Positions 34,954 through 44,495 of a stretch of DNA of 57,315 nucleotides are shown here, piece by piece; positions within the stretch are counted from its first letter, which is position 1; each line of letters starts with the position of its first letter. Source of the DNA: Eubacteriales bacterium (lineage in GTDB: Bacteria; Bacillota; Clostridia; Oscillospirales; JAAYXM01); NCBI GenBank assembly GCA_045636205.1, contig JAZTXE010000058.1, positions 1 to 57,315 of the forward strand. Reading direction: 5' to 3'. The notes below the pieces were generated by a model that saw only the letters and a program-made list of their open reading frames with translations, was not told the origin of the DNA and ran no database searches. The position numbers were made by a program, and so were the translations under genes.

Positions 34954-36405
34954 ATGATTTTAAGCAAAGTGCTTGCCGGAATGGTTTGTGAAGAAATAAA
35001 CTGTGATTTGGAAACTCAAATCACGGGAATTGCATATGATTCCAGAGCCGTTGAGCCGGGCAATTTATTTGTTGCGATTACCGGATATAAAACCGACGGC
35101 CACGCATATATAGCTGCTGCGGTAAAAGCCGGTGCGGTTGCGGTAATATGCGAGCGTAAGCCCGAAGAAGAGAACATCCCGTATATTCTCACTAAAGACA
35201 GCCGCAAAGCGCTGTCGCAGACTTCTGCAAACTTCTTTTCGCATCCGGCAAAAGAGCTTAAAATGATAGGAATTACCGGCACGAACGGAAAAACAACTAC
35301 GACCTATCTTGTAAAATCAATCCTTGAAGCGAGTGGCGAAAAGGTAGGTCTTATAGGAACAAATCAAAATATGATAGGCGACGAAGTCCTGCCGAGTGAG
35401 CGCACTACCCCTGAGTCGTTTGAGCTTCAGAAGCTGCTTCGCGAAATGGTGGATTGCGGGTGCACATACGCGGTTATGGAGGTTTCCTCACACTCGCTTG
35501 TGCTCTCCAGAGTTTCTGAAATTGAGTTTGATATAGCCCTTTTTACAAATATAACCCAGGACCACTTGGATTTCCACGAGACGATGGAGGAGTATACACG
35601 CGCAAAATCCCTGCTCTTTAAGCAGTGTAAGATAGGAATAATAAATGCAGATGATTTAGCGTGCGAGGCAATGCTCTCGGCGGGTGAGTGCGAATATATT
35701 ACTTACGGAATAAATTCCGCCAAGGCAGATGTTATGGCAAAAAACATAAAGCTTAAAGCCGAGTCGGTGGAATTTGAAGCACTGTGCTTTGATTCTATCG
35801 GAAGAGTTGAGCTTCATGTTCCGGGAATCTTCTCGGTTTACAATGCACTCGCGGCGATTTCGGCAGCATTGATGTGCGGCGTTTCTTTAGAGACGACCGG
35901 AAAGACTCTTGCAGGTGTTTCGGGGGTAAAGGGGCGCGCAGAAGTTGTGCCGGTACCCGTGGATTACACGGTCATGATAGATTACGCGCATTCGCCGGAC
36001 GGTCTTGAAAATATATTAAAAACCGTCAAGGGTTTTGCCGAAGGGCAAACCACGGTTATTTTCGGCTGTGGTGGCGACCGCGATAAGACAAAACGACCGC
36101 AGATGGGAAAGATTGCATCGGAATTGGCGGATTTTGTTGTAGTTACATCGGATAACCCGAGATGCGAAGAGCCGATGGATATAATAAATGATATTTTGCC
36201 GGGCATATCAAAACCAAAGAGTAAATACCATGTTGAGCCTGACCGCAGGAAAGCGATATACTATGCGCTTGACAATGCAAAGACCGGAGATGTTATCGTT
36301 CTTGCGGGCAAGGGGCATGAGACATATCAGGAGATAAACGGCATAAAGAATCATATGGATGAGCGGGAAATTGTCTCCGACTATTTTAAGGGCAAAAAAT
36401 CTTAA
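34954..36405 (+). CDS. murE: UDP-N-acetylmuramoyl-L-alanyl-D-glutamate--2,6-diaminopimelate ligase
   Basis: GITGTNGKTTT P-loop. The DNPR motif (SDNPRCEEP) indicates meso-DAP specificity. Confidence 0.95.
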   Translation: MILSKVLAGMVCEEINCDLETQITGIAYDSRAVEPGNLFVAITGYKTDGHAYIAAAVKAGAVAVICERKPEEENIPYILTKDSRKALSQTSANFFSHPAKELKMIGITGTNGKTTTTYLVKSILEASGEKVGLIGTNQNMIGDEVLPSERTTPESFELQKLLREMVDCGCTYAVMEVSSHSLVLSRVSEIEFDIALFTNITQDHLDFHETMEEYTRAKSLLFKQCKIGIINADDLACEAMLSAGECEYITYGINSAKADVMAKNIKLKAESVEFEALCFDSIGRVELHVPGIFSVYNALAAISAALMCGVSLETTGKTLAGVSGVKGRAEVVPVPVDYTVMIDYAHSPDGLENILKTVKGFAEGQTTVIFGCGGDRDKTKRPQMGKIASELADFVVVTSDNPRCEEPMDIINDILPGISKPKSKYHVEPDRRKAIYYALDNAKTGDVIVLAGKGHETYQEINGIKNHMDEREIVSDYFKGKKS

Positions 36406-36431
36406 TTAGCGTTTAAGAAAGAGGCGGAAAA

Positions 36432-37805
36432 ATGGAGCAGCTTACATTGGAGCAGGTGGCGTCCTTTTGCGGTGCCGAAATAAAGCCTGAGTACCGGGAT
36501 ATATATGTAAACGGTATAAGCAAGGATAACCGTACGGTTAGTTCCGGGGATATTTTTATAGCTATCCGCGGCGAGAAGTTTGACGGCCACGCGTTTGTAA
36601 ACAAGGCGGCAGATGCCGGAGCTGTTGCCGCGCTTGTAAGCGAGCCGGTGTGCGATGCGTCTATTCCGACTCTTGTTGTTGAAGATACGGTTTTGGCACT
36701 TCAGAAAATAGCCAAAAACTACAGAGCGATGTTTGAGGATATAAAGGTTGTGGGAATAACCGGCAGTGTCGGAAAAACCACTACAAAAGAGATGTGCGCG
36801 AGCGTGCTATCACAGGGCTTGTATACACTCAAAACACTGGGTAATTTAAATAATGATATAGGTCTTCCTTTTACGGTTATGGGACTTAATTACAGCCATC
36901 AGGCGGCGGTGGTTGAAATGGGCGCAAACCATTTCGGCGAAATATCGCGCCTTACAAGGGTTGCAAATCCCGATATAGCAGTTATAACCGCTATAGGCGA
37001 GGCGCACATGGAGTTTTTTAAATCAAAGGTGGGTGTTCGCAAGGCAAAGCTTGAGATAATTGAGGGCTTAAAGCTATCCGGATACCTGGTGCTAAATGGC
37101 GATGACCCGATGCTATGGGAGCTTAAAGGTAAGCTTGATGTAAATGTAATTTACTGCGGAATACATAATGAGGAATGCGACATATTTGCAGAGGTAATAG
37201 AGCGCGATTCGGAGAATATCAGATTTAGGGTAAGGTCGATTCCGGATACCGAGTTCCATATATGCTGCGGCGGGGTTCACAATTTGCAAAATGCACTGCT
37301 CGCGGTTGCGGTAGGTCAGCTCACAGGTCGCAGTGCAGAGCAGATTAGGGCCGGACTTGAAAATTTTGTAAATACCGGAGAGAGGCAGAAGATAACAAAG
37401 CTTTCAAACGGCGTTACAGTTATAAGCGATTGCTACAACGCAGGCCCGGATTCCATGCGTGCGGCGCTCAATGTACTCGGTGAGTCAGCGTGCAGCGGCA
37501 GAAGGATTGCCGCACTCGGCGATATGCTTGAACTCGGTGAACATTCGCACAAGGCGCATTATGAGGTTGGAAGCCGTGCCACATCGCGCGCAGACCTTAT
37601 TTTTGCTGCAGGTAACTGGGCGGAGAGCGTAAAGCTCGGTGCGCAGGAGAGTGGGTTTGATACCCGGAATATTCACGCATACAAAACCGTACCCGAGCTT
37701 GCTGCGGAGCTTAAAGATGAGCTCAGAGACGGAGATGTGCTGCTTATAAAAGGAAGCCGCGGTATGAGAATGGAGCAGATTCTGGAGTTTCTTTCGGAAG
37801 AATAA
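36432..37805 (+). CDS. murF: UDP-N-acetylmuramoyl-tripeptide--D-alanyl-D-alanine ligase
   Basis: GITGSVGKTTTKEM P-loop, a Mur ligase middle and C-terminal domain pattern, and LLIKGSRGMRME near the end. Confidence 0.93.
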   Translation: MEQLTLEQVASFCGAEIKPEYRDIYVNGISKDNRTVSSGDIFIAIRGEKFDGHAFVNKAADAGAVAALVSEPVCDASIPTLVVEDTVLALQKIAKNYRAMFEDIKVVGITGSVGKTTTKEMCASVLSQGLYTLKTLGNLNNDIGLPFTVMGLNYSHQAAVVEMGANHFGEISRLTRVANPDIAVITAIGEAHMEFFKSKVGVRKAKLEIIEGLKLSGYLVLNGDDPMLWELKGKLDVNVIYCGIHNEECDIFAEVIERDSENIRFRVRSIPDTEFHICCGGVHNLQNALLAVAVGQLTGRSAEQIRAGLENFVNTGERQKITKLSNGVTVISDCYNAGPDSMRAALNVLGESACSGRRIAALGDMLELGEHSHKAHYEVGSRATSRADLIFAAGNWAESVKLGAQESGFDTRNIHAYKTVPELAAELKDELRDGDVLLIKGSRGMRMEQILEFLSEE

Positions 37806-37847
37806 GATATAGCGCTGCCGATAAGCTTCGGCGGGACGGAGGTTTTC

Positions 37848-38840
37848 ATGATAAAAGAATGTATATTTGCACTGGTGCTTGCGTTTGTGATAACTGCACT
37901 TTCAGGGAAGTTCGTAATACCGTTTTTGACAAAGCTTAAATTTGGGCAGAGTATTTTGGAAATAGGCCCTAAGTGGCACATGAATAAGCAGGGTACACCT
38001 ACGATGGGCGGAATCATGTTTATTCTGGGTATAGGTGCAGCTACGGTGCTTGCGGGAATACCGCTCATGCGCGAAGGTGATTTCAGACATATCCTGGTTC
38101 TGGCATTTTCACTCGTATTCGGAGCAATAGGCTTTGTTGACGATTATGCCAAAGTGGTAAAAAAACAAAATCAGGGTCTCACCGCAATGCAAAAACTCGT
38201 TCTTCAGCTTGCGGCAGGTGCTGCATTTTTATCGGCGCTCAGATATTTAAATGACATTGTCCCGCAGATATTTATTCCGTTTACGAATGTGACGCTTGAC
38301 CTTCCGTGGATAGTGTATCTCTTTATAATGATGTTTGTCATAGTCGGCGCGGTAAACGCGGTTAACCTGACGGATGGAATTGACGGACTTGCAAGCTGCG
38401 TAACTATTCCGGTTGCAGTGTTCTTTGGCACTCTTGCATTTGCGATGAGTATTCCGGGGGCCGGGATTTTCGCCTCAGCACTTGCCGGAGGTCTGTTCGG
38501 ATTCTTAATTTATAATTTCAATCCCGCCAAGGTCTTTATGGGCGATACAGGTTCTCTGTTTTTAGGCGGTGCGGTTTGCGGTCTTGCCATGGCGTTTGAC
38601 ATGCCGCTTATACTGCTTTTTGTAGGTGTGATTTACATAGCTGAGACATTGTCGGTCATTTTACAGGTAGGGTATTTTAAGTTAACTCACGGAAAACGCC
38701 TTTTCAAGATGGCGCCGCTTCACCATCATTTTGAGATGTGCGGCTGGAGTGAGAAAAAACTGTGCCTTATATTCACACTTGTTACGGTTGTAGGGTGTCT
38801 TGTCGCGCTTTGGGGCGCATCACCCAAGTTTTTGTGGTAA
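37848..38840 (+). CDS. mraY: Phospho-N-acetylmuramoyl-pentapeptide transferase
   Basis: 330 aa, polytopic. KQGTPTMGG, VDDY, NAVNLTDGIDGLA, FMGDTGSL and PLHHHFE motifs. Confidence 0.96.
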   Translation: MIKECIFALVLAFVITALSGKFVIPFLTKLKFGQSILEIGPKWHMNKQGTPTMGGIMFILGIGAATVLAGIPLMREGDFRHILVLAFSLVFGAIGFVDDYAKVVKKQNQGLTAMQKLVLQLAAGAAFLSALRYLNDIVPQIFIPFTNVTLDLPWIVYLFIMMFVIVGAVNAVNLTDGIDGLASCVTIPVAVFFGTLAFAMSIPGAGIFASALAGGLFGFLIYNFNPAKVFMGDTGSLFLGGAVCGLAMAFDMPLILLFVGVIYIAETLSVILQVGYFKLTHGKRLFKMAPLHHHFEMCGWSEKKLCLIFTLVTVVGCLVALWGASPKFLW

Positions 38841-38867
38841 ATTTACGGTAAGGAGAGTTGGAGGAGT

Positions 38868-40001
38868 ATGGCGAAGAAAAAGAAAAGTTCTTCTGAAAAA
38901 ACAATCAGAGGAACGATTGATTATCCGTTTTTGATTATCGTCCTTTTGCTTTTGACAATAGGACTTGTAATGGTATTCTCTTCCAGCTATGCCGCGGCAT
39001 ATTATGATAACCTGCCGTCAACATATTACTTCTTCCGCCAGGGAATTTTTGCAATCGGCGGAGTTGCTGTCATGTTCTTTTTAAGTCATATTGATTATCG
39101 CCGTTGGAGAGCTCTGAGTCCGGCACTCATGCTTGTAAGCATTATTCTCCTTATTCTGGTTCTTATAATCGGCGTCGGCAACTACGGCGAGAAGAGATGG
39201 ATTAATTTAGGCTTTACAACCTTCCAACCGTCTGAGCTTGCAAAGGTTGCGGTTATATTCTTTTTCTCAAGCCTTATTTCCGTCTATCCGGAGAAAATGA
39301 GAACCTTCCGTTACGGTGTTCTCCCTTTTATAATTGTTCTTGCAATCATCGCTTTTCTCATGATTCAGGAGCCACATTTGTCGGGTACGATTCTTATACT
39401 GGGTGTTGGTGCGGTTCTTATGTTTGTCGGCGGAACGCATTGGGCATGGTTTATGGGAGCGTTCGGAGCAGGTGTTGCAGGTATATGGGCGGCAATAGGC
39501 ATGCTCGGATATGCGCAGGACCGAATTGCTGTGTGGTTTGACCCGTTTGTTGACCCGCTCGGAAAGGGTTACCAGAGTGTTCAGGCGCTCTATGCGATGG
39601 GTTCGGGCGGCCTGTTGGGACTTGGCTTCGGAAACAGCAGACAAAAGTATTTGTATCTGCCTGAGGCACATAATGACTTTATCTTTGCAATAATATGTGA
39701 AGAGCTCGGCTTTATCGGAGCTATGATAGTAATTTTGCTATTTATCCTTCTTATTCTGCGCGGGTACTGGATTGCATTGCACGCGCGCGATAAATTCGGT
39801 TCACTCTTGGCTACGGGAGTGACCACCATGGTGGCACTGCAGACCGCGCTTAACATAAGCGTTGTAACAGGTGTTCTTCCGGTAACCGGCGCGGCTCTTC
39901 CGTTTTTCAGCTACGGCGGTACGGCGCTTCTTATTTTGCTTGCCGAGATGGGAATAGTTCTGTCGGTAAGCAGGTATATGCCTGCGCCTAAAGCGGGTTG
40001 A
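38868..40001 (+). CDS. ftsW: SEDS-family peptidoglycan glycosyltransferase FtsW/SpoVE
   Basis: 377 aa, 10-TM SEDS pattern. FQPSELAK, LPEAHNDFIFA and LPFFSYGGT motifs. Confidence 0.92.
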   Translation: MAKKKKSSSEKTIRGTIDYPFLIIVLLLLTIGLVMVFSSSYAAAYYDNLPSTYYFFRQGIFAIGGVAVMFFLSHIDYRRWRALSPALMLVSIILLILVLIIGVGNYGEKRWINLGFTTFQPSELAKVAVIFFFSSLISVYPEKMRTFRYGVLPFIIVLAIIAFLMIQEPHLSGTILILGVGAVLMFVGGTHWAWFMGAFGAGVAGIWAAIGMLGYAQDRIAVWFDPFVDPLGKGYQSVQALYAMGSGGLLGLGFGNSRQKYLYLPEAHNDFIFAIICEELGFIGAMIVILLFILLILRGYWIALHARDKFGSLLATGVTTMVALQTALNISVVTGVLPVTGAALPFFSYGGTALLILLAEMGIVLSVSRYMPAPKAG

Positions 40002-40020
40002 GGGAGGAGCAGTTAGCAGT

Positions 40021-41142
40021 ATGAAAGTGTTATTTGCATGCGGCGGCACAGGCGGGCATATAAACCCTGCAATTGCTGTTGCCAAGGTGCTGCGTGAGAG
40101 ACGTCCTGATGCAGAAATCTGCTTTGCCGGTGCAAAGAGCGGTATGGAGACGCGTCTTGTGCCAGCGGAAGGATTTCGGCTCGAGTGTGTTGATATAGAG
40201 GGATTTGACCGCAAGGTATCGGTTAATTCGCTTGTTCATAATATAAGGAATGCAGGTAAAATTGCCGCGTCGCTCAAATGGGCAAAAAAGCTTATAGACG
40301 AATATAAGCCGGATGTTGTGTTGGGGACCGGCGGTTATGCAAGTTTTCCGGTGCTATATACAGCGGCGAAGAAGAAAATCCCGACTCTTATCCATGAATC
40401 AAACGCATATCCGGGACTTACCACGCGGCTTCTCTCCAAATATGTTTCGAAAGTGCTTGTGAATTTCAAAGCCAGTGCGGAATTCTTTTCGTGCAAGGAT
40501 AAAGTATCCGTGGTTGGAACGCCGATACGCGAGGATATGATTTACAAGGATAAAAATGAAGCCAGAGCAGAGCTTAATCTGGATGCGCGACCGCTCATAG
40601 TAAGCTTCTGGGGCTCACTCGGCGCGCGTGAGATGAACAAACACATTGCTGACTTCTTTAGGCTTGAATGCAAAAACGATGCCTGGCAGCATATACATGC
40701 TACCGGTCAGTTCGGATATAAGTGGATGCCTGATTATGTAATAGAGCAGGGTGTAGACTTAAAAGCGCATAAAAACATTGATATGCGCGATTATATAACC
40801 GATATGCCGCGTGTTATGGCGGCGGCAGATTTAATTATGTGCCGTGGCGGCGCATCTACACTCAGTGAGATTACCGCGCTCGGCAAACCAGCGATAATTG
40901 TTCCGTCGCCAAATGTTTCTGCAAATCATCAGGAAAAGAATGCGCGGGAGCTTGAAAAGGTCGGCGGTGCGGTTGTGGTACTTGAAAAGGACTGCAGCGG
41001 TAAGCTTTTATACGAAACCGCGGAAAGTATTTTGACAGACGGCGACAGGCTTAAAAAAATGTCCGCTTCGCTCAATTCAATTGCGATATTGGATGCGACA
41101 CAGCGCATATATTCAGAGCTCTGCAAGCTGTGTAAAGGTTAA
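40021..41142 (+). CDS. murG: UDP-N-acetylglucosamine--N-acetylmuramyl-(pentapeptide) pyrophosphoryl-undecaprenol N-acetylglucosamine transferase
   Basis: ACGGTGGHINPAIAVA N-terminus, and RGGASTLSEI...PSP....HQ..NA C-terminal motif. Confidence 0.95.
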   Translation: MKVLFACGGTGGHINPAIAVAKVLRERRPDAEICFAGAKSGMETRLVPAEGFRLECVDIEGFDRKVSVNSLVHNIRNAGKIAASLKWAKKLIDEYKPDVVLGTGGYASFPVLYTAAKKKIPTLIHESNAYPGLTTRLLSKYVSKVLVNFKASAEFFSCKDKVSVVGTPIREDMIYKDKNEARAELNLDARPLIVSFWGSLGAREMNKHIADFFRLECKNDAWQHIHATGQFGYKWMPDYVIEQGVDLKAHKNIDMRDYITDMPRVMAAADLIMCRGGASTLSEITALGKPAIIVPSPNVSANHQEKNARELEKVGGAVVVLEKDCSGKLLYETAESILTDGDRLKKMSASLNSIAILDATQRIYSELCKLCKG

Positions 41143-41237
41143 TTTGATATTTGATACCCACCGCAAATTCACCGTAAAGCCGCAAAATGCATAGTATGTT
41201 TTGTGAGAGTTACGGAAAGCAGGAGGGTATCACAAAT

Positions 41238-42488
41238 ATGAATGCATTGAAAGTAAAAGGCGGGAGACCGCTAAACGGTGAAATTACGGTTCACGGCTCT
41301 AAAAACAGCGTATTGCCCATACTCGCGGCGACATTGGTACATAACGGGGAAAGTGTGATACATAACTGCCCGGATTTGCGGGATGTGCGATATGCGATAA
41401 AAATACTTGAGTATTTAGGGTGTAAGGTAGACCGGCAGGGGGATACTGTTACTGTAAATTCCGCTACCTTGGCGCGATATGACATCCCGGATAATCTGAT
41501 GCGGGAAATGCGCTCGTCGGTTATATTCTTAGGCGCGATACTCGCGCGCTGCGGGAATGCCAGGATGAGTTTTCCCGGCGGATGTGAGTTAGGTCCGCGC
41601 CCGATAGATTTGCATTTGGCGGCACTTGGTAAAATGGGTGTCAGCATATGCAAAGAGGGCGGAGTTATTGACTGCAAGGCAGGGAAGCTTATCGGGTGCG
41701 ATATTGATTTGGCGTTTCCGAGCGTCGGCGCCACCGAGAATATTATGCTTGCGGCTACTGCCTGCCCGGGTAAAACGCGTGTGCTCAATGCCGCGCGTGA
41801 GCCAGAGATAGAGGACCTGCAGGAGTTTCTACGCTCGATGGGTATAAAAATAAACGGTGCAGGAAGCTCCACCATAGAAATAGAGGGCGGTTGCACTACG
41901 CATGACTGCGAACACACTGCGATACCTGACCGCATAGTTGCGGCTACATACCTGATAGCTACTGCAGCGGCAGGTGGGGATGTAACCGTCAGAAGAATGA
42001 GACCTGAGCATATATCCACGGTGCTCTCGCAGCTTGAAACTGCCGGATGTGAGCTTAAGATATGCAAGGACTCCGTGCGTATAAAACGAAACGGGAAGCT
42101 ACATGCGCTCTCAGCGGTGCGAACCATGCCTTATCCGGGGTTTCCCACGGATGCTCAGGCGCCGATGATGGCTCTTGCTACATGCTGCCATGGTACCTCG
42201 GTCTTTATAGAAAATATTTTTGACAGCCGATACAGGCATGTGTCTGAGCTTATGCGCATGGGCGCCAATATCCGCGTTGAGGGCAAAATTGCAGTAGTTA
42301 GCGGCGGGAAGGTGCTGACGGGAACATCCGTCAATGCATGCGATTTGCGCGGCGGTGCGGCACTTGTGATTGCGGCACTTGCAGCGCAGGGCGAGAGTGA
42401 GATAACTCAAATCCGGCACATTGACCGGGGATACGAGAGAATAGAAAAAGCGTTTACAGACCTCGGCGCTGAAATTTCAAGAGTTTAG
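41238..42488 (+). CDS. murA: UDP-N-acetylglucosamine 1-carboxyvinyltransferase
   Basis: MNALKVKGGRPLNGEITVHGSKNS start after AGGAGGG. The catalytic Cys is in PGGCELGPRPIDLH. Confidence 0.95.
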   Translation: MNALKVKGGRPLNGEITVHGSKNSVLPILAATLVHNGESVIHNCPDLRDVRYAIKILEYLGCKVDRQGDTVTVNSATLARYDIPDNLMREMRSSVIFLGAILARCGNARMSFPGGCELGPRPIDLHLAALGKMGVSICKEGGVIDCKAGKLIGCDIDLAFPSVGATENIMLAATACPGKTRVLNAAREPEIEDLQEFLRSMGIKINGAGSSTIEIEGGCTTHDCEHTAIPDRIVAATYLIATAAAGGDVTVRRMRPEHISTVLSQLETAGCELKICKDSVRIKRNGKLHALSAVRTMPYPGFPTDAQAPMMALATCCHGTSVFIENIFDSRYRHVSELMRMGANIRVEGKIAVVSGGKVLTGTSVNACDLRGGAALVIAALAAQGESEITQIRHIDRGYERIEKAFTDLGAEISRV

Positions 42489-42538
42489 AAATTAACACTT
42501 TTGTGTGAAGATATACTGATGATAAAGAAGGTGATTGG

Positions 42539-43315
42539 ATGGCAAGAAGAAGCGCGAGCGATTATCGCAGACGTCGCAGACGTAAGCAAAGGCGAAAGAT
42601 GATAGCCTCTTTGCTGGCGGTGTTTATCATCGCGGGAGCGGTTATAGCGGCTGTCACCGTATTTTTCAAGGTGGCTAAATTCGATGTCACGGGAAGCACG
42701 CTCTATACAGGCGAGGAAATTATCGCGGCTACGGAAATACAGTTGGGTGACAATATGTTTTCCGTAAATAAATTTGACGTTGCCAATAAAATCTTAAATA
42801 AATTCCCATATATAGGGGAGATTAAAATTCGCAGACGCTTGCCGGACACCTTTGTTTTTGAGATAACTCAGCGAAAGAGTGCAGCATATTTCCAAACCGA
42901 AAAATTCAAATGGCTTATTGACAAGAGCGGATATATTTTAGAGAGTGTTGCACCTGATGAGGAGCTTTCGCTTCCGTTGGTGACAGGGGTTTCGCTGGTT
43001 GCACCGTCTCCGGGTGCCAAAGCTGCACTCGATTCTCCTGACAGCTTGCGCGTTCTCGAGCTTTTGCTGGGCGCTCTGGAGAGAGGCGAGGTAATCGAGA
43101 AGGCGGGAAAGGTTGACGTTACAAAGCTTTATAATCTGACGATAACATTCGATAATCGTTTTATCGTAGAGTTCGGTACGGAGCAGGAGCTTGACAGGAA
43201 AGTTAAGATGCTCAAGGCTGTAATAGAACAGCTTGAGACTACGGATAAAGGAACTATAAATATATCCGATGCAAAGCAGGCGCGATTCAGACCCAACGCA
43301 AATCTTCAGGTTTGA
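42539..43315 (+). CDS. ftsQ: Cell division protein FtsQ/DivIB (POTRA domain)
   Basis: 258 aa with a basic N-terminus, a single TM (IASLLAVFIIAGAVIAAVTVFF), then POTRA-like F.V....V.G......EI. It sits at the conserved dcw position. Confidence 0.8.
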   Translation: MARRSASDYRRRRRRKQRRKMIASLLAVFIIAGAVIAAVTVFFKVAKFDVTGSTLYTGEEIIAATEIQLGDNMFSVNKFDVANKILNKFPYIGEIKIRRRLPDTFVFEITQRKSAAYFQTEKFKWLIDKSGYILESVAPDEELSLPLVTGVSLVAPSPGAKAALDSPDSLRVLELLLGALERGEVIEKAGKVDVTKLYNLTITFDNRFIVEFGTEQELDRKVKMLKAVIEQLETTDKGTINISDAKQARFRPNANLQV

Positions 43316-43353
43316 TTGGGCGGCTTTTAAGGATGGGAATGGGATGAAGGCAG

Positions 43354-44079
43354 ATGAATAATAAGACCGCAAAGATTACTATTTTTACAGTGTGTATCCT
43401 GCTCGGCTTCTTTTTTGCCTTGCAGCTTAAGAGTGTACGCATATACGCTAAAGATGATGTTCAGCCGGTTCGTATAGAGGAACTCAGCCGTCTGCTTATC
43501 GAAGAGAAAAATGAAAATGAGAAATTAAACGCTGAGATTGAGCAGTATAAGAGCGATGTGGATAAGTTTCGCGCAGAGGCACAGCAGTCAGGCGGTTGGG
43601 CGGCGGTTCTTTCCGAACAGCTCAAACGTGCAGAACTCCTTGCCGGAAACACTGCTGTGCGCGGACCCGGCGTAACGGTTACACTTAAGGACAGTGTATC
43701 GTCAAATAACAGTATGCTCGATGAAAATGCCTATGTGGTGCATGACAGTGACCTGCTGCGCGTTATAAACGAGCTGCGTGCGGCGGGCGCAGAGGCGATA
43801 AGCTTAAACGGCGAGCGGGTTCTTGCAACTTCGGAAATACGATGCGCAGGGCCAACCGTAAGTATAAATAACACTCGGTATGCGGCACCGTTTGTCATAA
43901 AAGCAATCGGTGACCCGGATACCATGGAGCAGAGCTTGCTGATGCGCTCGGGAATAGTGGACGAGCTTAAGAACTTTGAAATTGATGTGACGGTGGTAAA
44001 GGCGCAGGAGATAACCGTTGAGGCCAGTCGCCGTAACTTGACGTACACATATGCTGTGCCGGTCGAGGAGGAAAAATAA
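43354..44079 (+). CDS. DUF881 family protein (YlxW/YlxX-like, division-cluster associated)
   Basis: N-terminal TM, a coiled coil, then the VRGPGVTVTLKD ... AGAEAISLNGERV signature of DUF881. Confidence 0.8.
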   Translation: MNNKTAKITIFTVCILLGFFFALQLKSVRIYAKDDVQPVRIEELSRLLIEEKNENEKLNAEIEQYKSDVDKFRAEAQQSGGWAAVLSEQLKRAELLAGNTAVRGPGVTVTLKDSVSSNNSMLDENAYVVHDSDLLRVINELRAAGAEAISLNGERVLATSEIRCAGPTVSINNTRYAAPFVIKAIGDPDTMEQSLLMRSGIVDELKNFEIDVTVVKAQEITVEASRRNLTYTYAVPVEEEK

Positions 44080-44459
44080 TGTATATTGTATTTGGAGTTT
44101 TAGCAGGTGCGATTGTAGGTATATTTGCACCGATAACCGTCCCTGAGCAATATTCGCACTATATGGCTATTGCAATCTTGGGTGCTATGGATTCGTTTTT
44201 CGGCGGCGTGAATGCCATGCTGCGAAATAAGTTTCAGCTAAAAATATTCTTGGCCGGATTTTTCGGCAACGCTTTGATTGCATGCCTTCTTACTTTTATA
44301 GGCAACCAGCTCGATTTGGATCTGTTTTTGGCAGCTGTTGTGGTTTTTGGCACAAGATTATTTCAAAATTTTGCAGATATGCGAAGATTTCTATTGACCA
44401 ATGGCAAGAAAACATATAAAATAAGAAGTAAAGGATCAAAAGACAACTCTGAGAATTAA
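44079..44459 (+). CDS. sbp: Small basic protein Sbp (DUF1290)
   Basis: 126 aa membrane protein. YSHYMAIAILGAMDSFFGG...FLAGFFGNALIA...DLFLAAVVVFGTRLFQN matches the Sbp pattern. The ATG overlaps the upstream stop (TAATG). Confidence 0.75.
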   Translation: MYIVFGVLAGAIVGIFAPITVPEQYSHYMAIAILGAMDSFFGGVNAMLRNKFQLKIFLAGFFGNALIACLLTFIGNQLDLDLFLAAVVVFGTRLFQNFADMRRFLLTNGKKTYKIRSKGSKDNSEN

Positions 44460-44495
44460 TTATACAGAAGTTTAATATACGGGAGGATGTACATC